A stretch of DNA of 61,993 bases from Thauera sp. (GTDB lineage: Bacteria > Pseudomonadota > Gammaproteobacteria > Burkholderiales > Rhodocyclaceae), in the NCBI GenBank assembly GCA_030603925.1, contig JAUVWV010000001.1, positions 1-61,993 of the forward strand, given 5' to 3'. The notes under the pieces were generated by a model. The model saw only the letters and a list, made by a program, of their open reading frames with translations. It was not told the origin of the DNA and did no database searches. Of the stretch, positions 39,904 to 48,833 are shown piece after piece. The position numbers were made by a program, and so were the translations under genes. The first letter of the stretch is position 1. Each line of letters starts with the position of its first letter.

Positions 39904-42261
39904 TTGCCCATCCTTCGCCTCCGCCGCCGCGCCTTGCGCCCCCTCATCGCGCCCCTTGCCTGCCTGAGCGCGCTGCCCACCGAAGCCGCCGCACGCCAGC
40001 CCGGCGTCGCCGACTGGCCGACCAGCGCGCTGGTTGCGGTCATCGTGCTCGCACTCGCGCTTGCCGGCAGCGTACTGTTCAGCCCGCAGCGGCTGCGCGC
40101 GCGGGCCCAGCCGCCGGCCGCACGCAACGCCGCCGGGGCCGAGCAAACCCTGGTGATCCGCGAGAACCTGCAACGCTTCGAGAGCTTCGCCAACGAGACC
40201 ATCTACGGTTTCGGCATGGCCGAACTCGACGGCACCATCACCTACATCAATCCGGCGCTGGCCCGCATGCTGGGCGAATCCAGCCCCGATGCGGCGATCG
40301 GCCGGCCGATCGTCGATTACCACCCTGCCGAGCTGCGCGCGACCATCACCGGAGAGGTGTTCGCCGAACTGCAGCGCAACGGCCGATGGAGCGGCGAGCT
40401 CCCGCTGCTCGCACGCGACGGCACGCGGATCGAGGTCGACGAGAGCTTCTTCTACATCCGTGACGCGCAAGGCGAGCCCAAGCTGATCGCCGCCATCCTC
40501 ACCGAAATCGGCGCGCGCAAGCGCACCGAGGCCGAACTGCGCCTGATGGCGAGCGTGTTCGAGCACAGCGGCGAGGCCATCCTGGTAACCGATCCGGACA
40601 ACCGCATCATCACCGCCAACGCTGCCTTCACCGAGCTCACCGGCTACACCCTGGACGAAGTGCGCGGTCTCAACCCGCGCGTGCTCTCGGCCGGGCTCAC
40701 CTCGCAGAGCGTCTACAAGGAGATGTGGCGCGCCATCGTCAGCGAAGGCTACTGGCAGGGCGAGATCTGGGACCGCCGCAAGGACGGCGCGATCTATCCG
40801 AAGTGGCTGAGCGTCAGCACGGTACGCAACGCCGCAGGCGAGCTCACCCACCACGTGGCGAGCTTCACCGACATCACCGAACGCAAGCAGATCGAGGAAC
40901 GCATCCGCCACCTCGCCCACCACGATCCGCTCACCGGCCTGCCCAACCGCCTGCAGCTCGAGGGCCGCCTGGCCCAGGCCCTCGCCGAGGCGCGACGTGA
41001 CGGCGGCATGGTCGCCGTGGTGTTCGCCGACCTCGACAACTTCAAGTTCATCAACGACAGCCTGGGTCACCCGGCCGGCGACCGCCTGCTGATCGACGTC
41101 GCCCGGCGACTGCGCTAATGCGTGCGCGACAGCGACGTCGTCGCCCGCCTCGGTGGCGACGAGTTCGTCATCGTGCTCAACCGCCTCGACGCAGCCCAGA
41201 CGGCAGCCACGCTCACCGAGAAGGTGCGCCAGCGTATCGGCGAGCGCTACGAAATCGACGGCCACATCCTGCACACCACCCCCAGCCTGGGTGTGAGCAT
41301 CTTCCCGCTGGACGGCGCGGACGCCGACACGCTGATGAAGAATGCCGACGCCGCCATGTACCACGCAAAGGCCGAAGGGCGGGACAACGTCCAGCTTTTC
41401 AACCCCCGCCTGAACGAGGCCGCCAGCAGCCGCCTGCGCATCCAGACCCGGCTGCGCGAGGCGCTCGAGAAACGCCGCCTGCTGCTGCACTACCAGCCCC
41501 AGCTTGCCGCCGACGGTCGCAGCCTGGCCGGCGTCGAGGCGCTGATCCGCTGGCTCGACCCCGACGAAGGCATGATCCCGCCCGACCGCTTCATCCCGAT
41601 TGCCGAGGAGACCGGGCTGATCGGCCCGATCGGCGCCTGGGTGATCGAGGAATCCTTCCGCCAGCTGGCACAGTGGCGCGCCGCGGGACTGTCCGGTTTC
41701 CGCATGTCGATCAACCTGTCCGCCCAGCAACTGCGCCTGCGCGACCTGCCCCGCCAGATCGCCGAGGCCTGCACCCGCCACGGGCTGAGCGCAGGGGACA
41801 TCGAACTGGAAATCACCGAATCAACCGCCATGCGCGACCCGGAAAGCACCATCGACACCCTGCGCCAGCTGCGCGAGATGGGCATCGAGCTGGCCATCGA
41901 CGACTTCGGCACGGGCTACTCCTCGCTCTCCTACCTCAAGCTGCTGCCCATCGGCCGCCTCAAGCTCGACCGCTCCTTCGTGCACGAGATCGAAGCCAAC
42001 ACCAACGACGCGGCGATCTGCGCCGCCACCATCGCACTGGCCCACAACCTCGGCCTCGAGGTGGTCGCCGAAGGCGTGGAAACTTCCGCCCAGTTCGACT
42101 TCCTGCGCGAACTCGACTGCGACCTGTTCCAGGGCTACCTGTTCAGCCGCCCGCTCGACGCCGACGCCCTCGCCCGCTTCGCCGCCCGGCACCGCGCAAC
42201 CGGCACCGATCCCGCCCGCGAGGACACCACAGGGCTTCCCCTGAACGAACAGACCGGCTAG
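39904..42261 (+). pseudogene. TM-PAS-PAS-GGDEF-EAL protein interrupted by one in-frame TAA (41116-41118)
   Basis: ORFs 39904..41118 and 41122..42261 share a frame: ARRLR*CVRDSDVVARLGGDEF; EAL motifs GVEALIRW and DDFGTGYSSL intact; start codon uncertain. Confidence 0.88.
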
Positions 42262-42277
42262 AATGGCGGGCTTCCAC

Positions 42278-42368
42278 GGACAGGTGGATGAGTGGTTTAA
42301 GTCGCACGCCTGGAAAGCGTGTTCAGGGTAATACCCTGACGCGGGTTCGAATCCCGCCCTGTCCGCCA
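42278..42368 (+). tRNA. tRNA-Ser(GGA)
   Basis: GGACAGG/CCTGTCC-G-CCA acceptor, CACGC-CTGGAAA-GCGTG anticodon arm, long variable arm TCAGGG-TAATA-CCCTGA. Confidence 0.96.
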
Positions 42369-42374
42369 GACATC

Positions 42375-42408
42375 AATGAAAAACGCGCCGCCTGGCGCGT
42401 TTTTCATT
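42375..42408. terminator. Bidirectional Rho-independent terminator
   Basis: AATGAAAAACGCGCC-GCCT-GGCGCGTTTTTCATT perfect 15-bp stem. Confidence 0.9.
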
Positions 42409-42411
42409 TCC

Positions 42412-42550
42412 GGCAGGTACGCACCGCGTCGTAGAAGGCGACTTCCTCGCGGACCCGGCGAGGCCTCGTCGGAGGCCAAGGCCGGCTCGAACGCCCTGGA
42501 CAGCACCAGCACCGCATCCTGGTAGCGACGGTTGGCGTTCTTCCTGTCGT
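42412..42550 (-). pseudogene. Frameshifted fragment resembling type I restriction subunit HsdR (C-terminal region)
   Basis: DRKNANRRYQDAVLVLSRAFEPALASDEA, one extra T, then RRVREEVAFYDAVR; resembles the HsdR segment RRYQDAVLALSKAF.LA.ASDEA..IREEVGFF as recalled. Confidence 0.6.
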
Positions 42551-42723
42551 TGCGTCGATCGTACGACGACTGCTTCGGAAGACGAAATTCGTAGGGCCGC
42601 TCACGGTCACACAAGGCCGGATCTCCAGCCACCATCGAATCCGTCATTCGCGCCTTGTGAAGCGGCCTCGCCACGCGGCAGATGAAACGATGCCCGCCGT
42701 CAGGAGAGGACGCGCAATACGGA

Positions 42724-43179
42724 CTACCGCGCAGTCTGCGGAACGAGTTCGATCATCCCCAGCGTGTGGCGCAGGCTGGTGCGCGGCGCGATCAGGTCGG
42801 CCAGCGTCACCCCGTCCAGCGAGGCCAGGAAGGCCTGCAAGGCATCGCTCAGCGCACCTTTCAGGCGACAGCCGGCGTTCAGCAGGCACTGCGAATGCGC
42901 GCCGAAGCATTCGACCAGCTCGAAGCCCGGCTCCATCTGCCGCACCACCTCGCCCAGCCCGATCTGTTCGGGCGGGCGCGCCAGGCGCAGCCCGCCGCCC
43001 TTGCCACGCGCACCATCGACGAAGCCGCTGCCGACCAGTTCGGTGACCACCTTCATCAGATGGCTGCGCGAGATCGCGAACCGCTCCGCCACTTCCTTGA
43101 TGGTGACCCGCCGCTCCGGACAGGCGCCCAGGTAGATCAGCAGGCGCAAGGCGTAGTCGGTGTGCTGGGTGATGTTCAT
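42724..43179 (-). CDS. nsrR: Rrf2-family regulator, NsrR-like
   Basis: [34 protein letters not shown], three Cys in [20 protein letters not shown]. Confidence 0.85.
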   Translation of the reverse strand: MNITQHTDYALRLLIYLGACPERRVTIKEVAERFAISRSHLMKVVTELVGSGFVDGARGKGGGLRLARPPEQIGLGEVVRQMEPGFELVECFGAHSQCLLNAGCRLKGALSDALQAFLASLDGVTLADLIAPRTSLRHTLGMIELVPQTAR

Positions 43180-43234
43180 GTGGGCATCCTGTCGCCGCAC
43201 GGCGGCGCATTGGTTCGACGGGATGGTAGCAACA

Positions 43235-43283
43235 AAGATTCATTTCTGTTGACTCTTTTAAAGATGCATTTAATATGTATCTT
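43235..43283. promoter_or_regulatory. Two NsrR-type operators overlapping a sigma70 promoter
   Basis: AAGATGCATTTAATATGTATCTT (43261-83, near-consensus 11-1-11 inverted repeat) and AAGATTCATTTCTGTTGACTCTT (43235-57); TTGACT-N16-TAATAT. Confidence 0.85.
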
Positions 43284-43306
43284 AAAAATGCCGCACGGAG
43301 AAGCTC

Positions 43307-43663
43307 ATGAAACGCCACCCCCACCTCGTCCCGCTGTCCCGCGAGCACCATGCCGCCCTGCGGCTCGGGCGCCAGTTGATCGCGGGCGGTGCATGCGCAG
43401 CCCTGCGTCGCGAGTCCGGCGCGCTGGCGGCCCATTTCGCCGAGGAGGAGCGCAGCCTGCTACCGCTGCTGGAAACGCATGGGCGCCCGGACCTGGCCGC
43501 ACGCCTGCGCCGCGAGCACGACCAGCTGAACACCCTGTTCGCCGCGGCGCTGCGTGGCGAACGCGAGGCCGAAGCCGGGCAGGCGCTCATCGCGCATGTG
43601 CGCTTCGAGGAAGGCGAGCTGTTCCCGGCCATCGAGCCAATGTTCGACGGAGGCCTGCCATGA
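43307..43663 (+). CDS. Hemerythrin/HHE-domain protein
   Basis: [26 protein letters not shown]. Confidence 0.85.
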   Translation: MKRHPHLVPLSREHHAALRLGRQLIAGGACAALRRESGALAAHFAEEERSLLPLLETHGRPDLAARLRREHDQLNTLFAAALRGEREAEAGQALIAHVRFEEGELFPAIEPMFDGGLP

Positions 43664-44055
43664 CCCATGTGGTCACCGAGGCGTGCATCCGCTGCAAGTA
43701 CACCGATTGCGTGGTGGTCTGCCCGGTCGACGCCTTCCGCGAGGGACGGAACTTCCTCGTCATCGACCCGGGCGAATGCATCGACTGCACGCTGTGCGTA
43801 CCGGAATGCCCGGTCGGCGCGATCGTCCCGGAGGACGAGTTGAGCGACTCGCAGCGCGAGTATCTGGCGCTCAACGCCACGCTGGCCGAAGCCTGGCCGC
43901 GCATCGTCGAGCCGCGCGACCCGCTGCCCGATGCGGCGCACTGGGCGCAGATCGACGCGAAACGGCAGTGGCTCGATCCCGCACCGCCAGCGAAATCCGC
44001 CCGCCACGCGGCCGACACCGCTCCGACCCAGCCAACCGACCAGGAGGACGCCTGA
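43660..44055 (+). CDS. fdxA: FdxA-type (7Fe) ferredoxin
   Basis: [37 protein letters not shown]; ATGA overlap with the upstream gene. Confidence 0.9.
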   Translation: MTHVVTEACIRCKYTDCVVVCPVDAFREGRNFLVIDPGECIDCTLCVPECPVGAIVPEDELSDSQREYLALNATLAEAWPRIVEPRDPLPDAAHWAQIDAKRQWLDPAPPAKSARHAADTAPTQPTDQEDA

Positions 44056-44056
44056 C

Positions 44057-44305
44057 ATGCAGACCACGCCCTGCCCCACCGCCGCACCGCGCCGCACCCT
44101 CAAGCTGGGGCGCGGCATGATGCTCGTCTCGGCCGCAGGAATGCTCGCCACCGTGCTGATCGCCTACCCCTATGCGGCCCACTTCAGCCTGGGCGCGCAG
44201 ATTGCCGCGCACCTGTTGCTGCCGGTGGCCGCCGCCATCTTCAAGCTCGGCTACGTGGTGCGCCTGGCCGCCCACCATGCGCTGGGCAACTATGCTGCGG
44301 GATGA
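44057..44305 (+). CDS. Small 2-TM membrane protein, PpyR-like
   Basis: RRTLKLG..TM..AY....FSLGAQIAAHLLL....IFKLGYVVRLAA resembles Pseudomonas PpyR (LKIGYVMRL, as recalled); AGGAGG RBS. Confidence 0.7.
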   Translation: MQTTPCPTAAPRRTLKLGRGMMLVSAAGMLATVLIAYPYAAHFSLGAQIAAHLLLPVAAAIFKLGYVVRLAAHHALGNYAAG

Positions 44306-44609
44306 AGCACCCGGCCCCGTGCAGCGTCAGCCGGCCACCCCAGCACCGTGCATGGCCCGTCGCCCCGGGTACAGGGGTGAGCCGCGCGCGTTGCGCTACC
44401 CGGCAGGCACCCCACAGGAACAGCAGCACGCGGGTCGCGAGGACGCACAGCGCGAGGACCACCAGCAGGCCGGCCCACACGCTGACCACCAGCATCAGCC
44501 ACAGGCCGTCGGGCAGGTTCGCCGGCACATTGGCGGCCAGCTGGAAGGCGATCGGCATGCACAGCAGCGCCAGGCTGTAGCAGAGCGGGATTGCAGAACG
44601 GGGGTTCAT
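44241..44609 (-). CDS. Small predicted membrane protein divergent from the WYL regulator
   Basis: GAGGAACAAGG then ATG 44609; two hydrophobic segments; 3' end overlaps the convergent gene by 65 bp, so the end is uncertain. Confidence 0.5.
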   Translation of the reverse strand: MNPRSAIPLCYSLALLCMPIAFQLAANVPANLPDGLWLMLVVSVWAGLLVVLALCVLATRVLLFLWGACRVAQRARLTPVPGATGHARCWGGRLTLHGAGCFIPQHSCPAHGGRPGAPRSRA

Positions 44610-44662
44610 CCTTGTTCCTCCATCATCCGGTCGATTCGATGACGTGGATTCTGAGGCCCTGT

Positions 44663-44683
44663 CAGGCTTATCCTGTGAGCCTG
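44663..44683. promoter_or_regulatory. 8-5-8 inverted repeat, candidate WYL operator
   Basis: CAGGCTTA-TCCTG-TGAGCCTG (one mismatch), centred in the 127-bp divergent intergenic region. Confidence 0.6.
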
Positions 44684-44736
44684 CCGAAAGGCCCGCTCCA
44701 CAAGGCATCTGAACCTTTGATGAGAAGAACCACCGG

Positions 44737-45780
44737 ATGAGCCAGACCGAACGCCTGTACCAGATCGTGCATATCCTGGAAGACGCCCGCCAGCCCGTGC
44801 CGCGCACGCACTTTCTCGACACCCTGGAAATCTCGCATGCCACCTTCAAGCGCGATCTCGACTATCTGCGCGACCGCCTCGGCGCGCCGGTGGTCTGGCG
44901 GCGCGGCACCGCCGGCCTGCCGAGCGGCTACCTGCTCGAAGGCGCACGCAGCGAGAGCGCCCAGCGCTACGGCATCCGCGGGCTGTGGTTCAACCCGTCC
45001 GAGATCTATGCGCTGCTGATGATGCAGCACCTCGCCGCCGCCATGGAGCCGGGCCTGGTGTCCGGCCAGGTCGGCGCACTGATGACGCGCGTCGGCTTGA
45101 TGCTGGGCTCGGCGGCCGACGATCCGCAGGAGATCGGCCGGCGGGTGCGCATCCTGCATTCGGCCAGCCGGCGCGCCACGCCGGTCTGCTTCCAGAGCGT
45201 GGCCCAGGCCACGATGAAACGCCGCCGCCTGGCCCTGCGCTACCACGTGCGCAGCCGCGGCGAGGACAGCGAGCGCGTGGTCTCCCCGCAGCAACTGCTG
45301 CACTACCGCGAGAACTGGTATCTGCTGGCCTGGTGCCACAAGGCGGACGAGCTGCGCACCTTCGCGCTGGACGCCATCCGCGGCGCCGAGGCCACCCGCA
45401 GCAAGGCGCGCGAGATCGGTCCGCGCACCCTGAGCAAGGCGGTGGACAGCGCCTTCGGCATCTTCGCCGCGCCGGCCCGCGAGCGCGCCGTGCTGCGCTT
45501 CTCCCCCGAGGTGGCGCCCTGGGTGGAGAACGAGTGCTGGCACCCCGCGCAAACCCTGGAGCGCCTTGCGGACGGCGCGCTGCAACTCGGCGTGCCCTAT
45601 GGCGACCCGCGCGAACTGCTGATGGAGATCCTGCGCTACGGCGCCGACGTCGAAGTGATCGCCCCACCCGCCCTGCGCACTGCGGTGGCCGAACGCCTGC
45701 AACGCGCCGCGGCGGCCTACGCGGCCGACTCACTCACCGCGGATCAGCCGCGCGTCCCTTCGGCCATTACCGGCGCATAG
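44737..45780 (+). CDS. HTH-WYL-WCX transcriptional regulator
   Basis: LEISHATFKRDLDYLRD HTH; RVVSPQQLLHYRENWYLLAWCH...LRTFALDAI; WHPAQ; EILRYGADVEVIAP. Confidence 0.93.
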   Translation: MSQTERLYQIVHILEDARQPVPRTHFLDTLEISHATFKRDLDYLRDRLGAPVVWRRGTAGLPSGYLLEGARSESAQRYGIRGLWFNPSEIYALLMMQHLAAAMEPGLVSGQVGALMTRVGLMLGSAADDPQEIGRRVRILHSASRRATPVCFQSVAQATMKRRRLALRYHVRSRGEDSERVVSPQQLLHYRENWYLLAWCHKADELRTFALDAIRGAEATRSKAREIGPRTLSKAVDSAFGIFAAPARERAVLRFSPEVAPWVENECWHPAQTLERLADGALQLGVPYGDPRELLMEILRYGADVEVIAPPALRTAVAERLQRAAAAYAADSLTADQPRVPSAITGA

Positions 45781-47123
45781 ACCCGCCAGCCGTTGCGCCC
45801 GCCCAGCTTGACCGAATACAGGGCCACGTCGGCATTGCGCAGCAGCGCCTCGGCACTGTCGCCGTGCGCCGGGTAAAGCGCCATGCCGACCGAGGCCGAC
45901 ACACGGGCCATGCCGGCACTGAGCAGATAGGGTTCGCCGAGCAGTTCCACCGTCCGCCGCGCCACGTTCTCGGCCTCGGCGGCATCACCGGTTTCCGACA
46001 GCAGGATGGCGAACTCGTCGCCGCCCAGGCGGGCCACGGTGTCCGACTCGCGCACGCAGGTCTCCAGGCGGCGGGCCACGTCCACCAGCAACTCATCGCC
46101 GGCCGCATGACCGAAGGCGTCATTGACCTCCTTGAAGAAGTCCAGATCCACCAGCAGCAGCGCAAAACTGCGCCCATAGCGCCGCGCGTGGATCAGCGCC
46201 GAATCGAGCCGGTCATTGAACAGCAGGCGGTTGGGCAGCATGGTCAGCGGATCGTGATGCGCCTTGCGGCGCAGATCCTCGTTGAGCAGCTTCAGTTCGC
46301 GCGTGCGCTCGACGATCACCGCCTCCTGGCGCCGCGCCAGTTCCTCGAGCACCAGGTAGTGCCGCCTGATGCGCGCGACGAAGGCATGCAGCACGCCGGC
46401 GGTCAGCAGGTAGCAGACCAGCAGGATCAGCGCCGATTCGCGCTGGCGCTTGTCGCGATGCGCCAGCAGGACTTCGGCCGGCATGGTCACCGAGATGCCG
46501 CCGCGGATGTCGCCCACCTTGAAGCCCTGCACCGCATGGCAGGCAAGACAGGCCGGCGTGACGTACAGCGGCGCGATGTAACGATGCACCGCGCGCGCCT
46601 CGCCGCCGATGCGGTACTGGGCGAAGAACTGGATGCGCTCGGCCATCTCGCCGCGCTCGAAGCGCTGCAGGCTGTCGCCTTCCCAGCTGTCGGCCAGATT
46701 GTCCGGGCGGATCGGCCTGTGGCTGGTGATGCGGAACTGCACCCCGGTGCGCTCGGCCGCCAGTTCCGCAATCTGGCGGGTCATGAAGGCCGGATTGACC
46801 ATGGTCAGGGCGCCGCCGTCGTCGGCCACCAGGTCGCGCCGCGGATGCACCAGATAAGGGTTGGGCTGCGAATTCTCGCTTACCGGCACGTAGATGCCGC
46901 CGTGCCGCGCATTCCATTCGCGCGTCAGCTCGATCAGGCGGAACAGCGCCTGCCCGCGCTCCTTGGCCAGCGCCTCGGTGTCGCTTTCGATCTTGCTCAA
47001 CTCGAGCACCCCGAGCAGCAGGAAGGGCAGCGCCATCCCCAGCCACAGCAAGGCCAGCAGCGCCACGTAGCCGTCCGGGCGACGCAGCAGCCGGGCACCC
47101 GGCGAATTCAGCGGCGGCGTCAT
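45744..47123 (-). CDS. Diguanylate cyclase with a periplasmic DUF3365-type, CXXCH-containing sensor
   Basis: TM, WNARHGGIYV, NPAFMTRQ, ACLACH, GDIRGGISV, TM, HDPLTMLPNR, RESDTVARLGGDEF; ATG 47123 after GGAG. Confidence 0.88.
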   Translation of the reverse strand: MTPPLNSPGARLLRRPDGYVALLALLWLGMALPFLLLGVLELSKIESDTEALAKERGQALFRLIELTREWNARHGGIYVPVSENSQPNPYLVHPRRDLVADDGGALTMVNPAFMTRQIAELAAERTGVQFRITSHRPIRPDNLADSWEGDSLQRFERGEMAERIQFFAQYRIGGEARAVHRYIAPLYVTPACLACHAVQGFKVGDIRGGISVTMPAEVLLAHRDKRQRESALILLVCYLLTAGVLHAFVARIRRHYLVLEELARRQEAVIVERTRELKLLNEDLRRKAHHDPLTMLPNRLLFNDRLDSALIHARRYGRSFALLLVDLDFFKEVNDAFGHAAGDELLVDVARRLETCVRESDTVARLGGDEFAILLSETGDAAEAENVARRTVELLGEPYLLSAGMARVSASVGMALYPAHGDSAEALLRNADVALYSVKLGGRNGWRVYAPVMAEGTRG

Positions 47124-47405
47124 CGCTTCTCCTGCGCCAGCGCGCACGGCCTGCGATGATCGACCCACCGTTCGCCCCCTTCTTCGAGGCGTAGCCCCAG
47201 CGCCATCGGTTTCCGCCTCTGCCATAGGTATGGGTACTGCATCGTATTTTACTCCCAGTCCGGGGGTGAACAAGCGACTGCCAAAACTGGTCATGTGGAT
47301 GCGCCGGGTGTCCCCGCACAATCCGTAGCGTTTTGTTTCCCGCCCCGCACATGTCATGCGGGAGGGCTAGACTGAAGCTCTTTCCCCACACGCGAGGACA
47401 CGTCC

Positions 47406-47906
47406 ATGGGCCTGCTCAATTTCATCAAGGATGCCGGCGAGCGCCTGTTCGGCAGCGGCGAGGCGAAGGCCGCCGCGCCGGCGGCCGGCGCCAACCCGGC
47501 CGAGGCGGTCGCCGCCTCCAATGCCAAGGCCGGCGCAGCGATCCGCAACTACATCGAGAAACTGCAGCTTGCCCCGGCGGATCTCGCGGTGGCATTCGAC
47601 GGCGCGACGGCCACCGTCACCGTCTCCGGCACCGCGCCCGACCAGGCCACCCGCGAACGCATCGTGCTGGCGGCCGGCAACGTCCAGGGGGTGGCAGAGG
47701 TGAACGACCGGATGACGGTGGCGAAGGCCGAGCCGGCCGCGCGCTTTCATACCGTGGCGAAAGGCGACACCCTGTCGGCCATCGCCAAGACCTACTACGG
47801 CAATGCCAACCGCTACCCGGCGATCTTCGAGGCCAACAAGCCGATGCTGACCCATCCGGACAAGATCTATCCGGGGCAGGTCCTGCGCATTCCACCGCAG
47901 GACTGA
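47406..47906 (+). CDS. BON-LysM protein (Kbp/YgaU family)
   Basis: MGLLNFIKDAGERLF, AGNVQGV, HTVAKGDTLSAIAK, IFEANKPML.HPDKIYPGQVLRIP. Confidence 0.93.
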   Translation: MGLLNFIKDAGERLFGSGEAKAAAPAAGANPAEAVAASNAKAGAAIRNYIEKLQLAPADLAVAFDGATATVTVSGTAPDQATRERIVLAAGNVQGVAEVNDRMTVAKAEPAARFHTVAKGDTLSAIAKTYYGNANRYPAIFEANKPMLTHPDKIYPGQVLRIPPQD

Positions 47907-47965
47907 TCCGGGCGGCCATGGCGCAGCCCGCCGGCTGCGCCCGCTTTCCCCCCACTTGTCACGCT

Positions 47966-48781
47966 TCAGTCCGCGCGCTGCAGCAGCCAGCAGGCCGCCA
48001 CCGCGGCGGCATCCTCGGTGAACGCGTCGGCGAGGATATGGGCTGCGACCTCGGCGGGTTGGAGCAGCATGAAACCGGCGACCTCGCCATCGAGGTTGCG
48101 CGGGACGAAATCGTCCGGCACGGTCAGGCAGTAGGGATGCAGCCACTCGTCGTGCATGCCCTCGTCTTCTTCGCGGCGCGCGTGCAGCACGGGCATCGCC
48201 TGCGCCTGCCGCGCCAGCGCGGCCGCCATGCCGGCCTCTTCGGCGCATTCGCGCAGCAAGGTATCGGTCACCGACTCGCCGCTGGCGATGCCACCGCCGA
48301 CCAGGTTGTCCAGCCGGTCCGGGTCGATCGCCTTGCTGGCGGCGCGCCGCGCCACCCACATGCGCCCGTCGGCAGTCACCGCGTTCAGGTGCACCGCACG
48401 GCTGCGCAGCCCGAAGCGGCGGAAGGTGCCGCGCTCCAGCCGGCACAGCACCGGTGCCGCGGCGTCGGCGGCACCCAGGCGCACGTCGTAGGATTCATTG
48501 CGCCAGGCGCGGAACCAGCCTTCGCTGCGCAAGGTATCGGCCAGTTCGCCCCAGGCCGTACCGAGCGCCTCGCCCCGCAGGTGGGCGGTGAGTTCGACCC
48601 TCTGCCCCGTCACGGCAAACAGTGCACCGCCCGGCTGCGCAACCCGCGCGGCAAACTCCGGCGACAGTGCGCCGATGTCGCTGCCCGCGGCACACAGCGC
48701 GAGGTAGTCGTCCGGCAGCGGGCGCACCAGACGCTGCAGGCGCCCGCGCAATGCCGCCAGGCTGCCCGCAGCCAGCCTCAT
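47966..48781 (-). CDS. NUDIX hydrolase (DUF4743-associated type)
   Basis: WRNE, ERGTFRRFG, VHLN, LDNLVGGG...GES....RECAEEAG Nudix box, DGEV. Confidence 0.88.
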   Translation of the reverse strand: MRLAAGSLAALRGRLQRLVRPLPDDYLALCAAGSDIGALSPEFAARVAQPGGALFAVTGQRVELTAHLRGEALGTAWGELADTLRSEGWFRAWRNESYDVRLGAADAAAPVLCRLERGTFRRFGLRSRAVHLNAVTADGRMWVARRAASKAIDPDRLDNLVGGGIASGESVTDTLLRECAEEAGMAAALARQAQAMPVLHARREEDEGMHDEWLHPYCLTVPDDFVPRNLDGEVAGFMLLQPAEVAAHILADAFTEDAAAVAACWLLQRAD

Positions 48782-48833
48782 GGGCGTATCGGCCGGCGCG
48801 GCACCGTGCGGGGTAGCCGCACTCCCGTGGCGC

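Noticed and set aside
42297-42674. 125-aa minus-strand ORF as a real gene
   Set aside because: It runs antisense through the terminator and tRNA-Ser; only its middle part is explained, as the hsdR relic.
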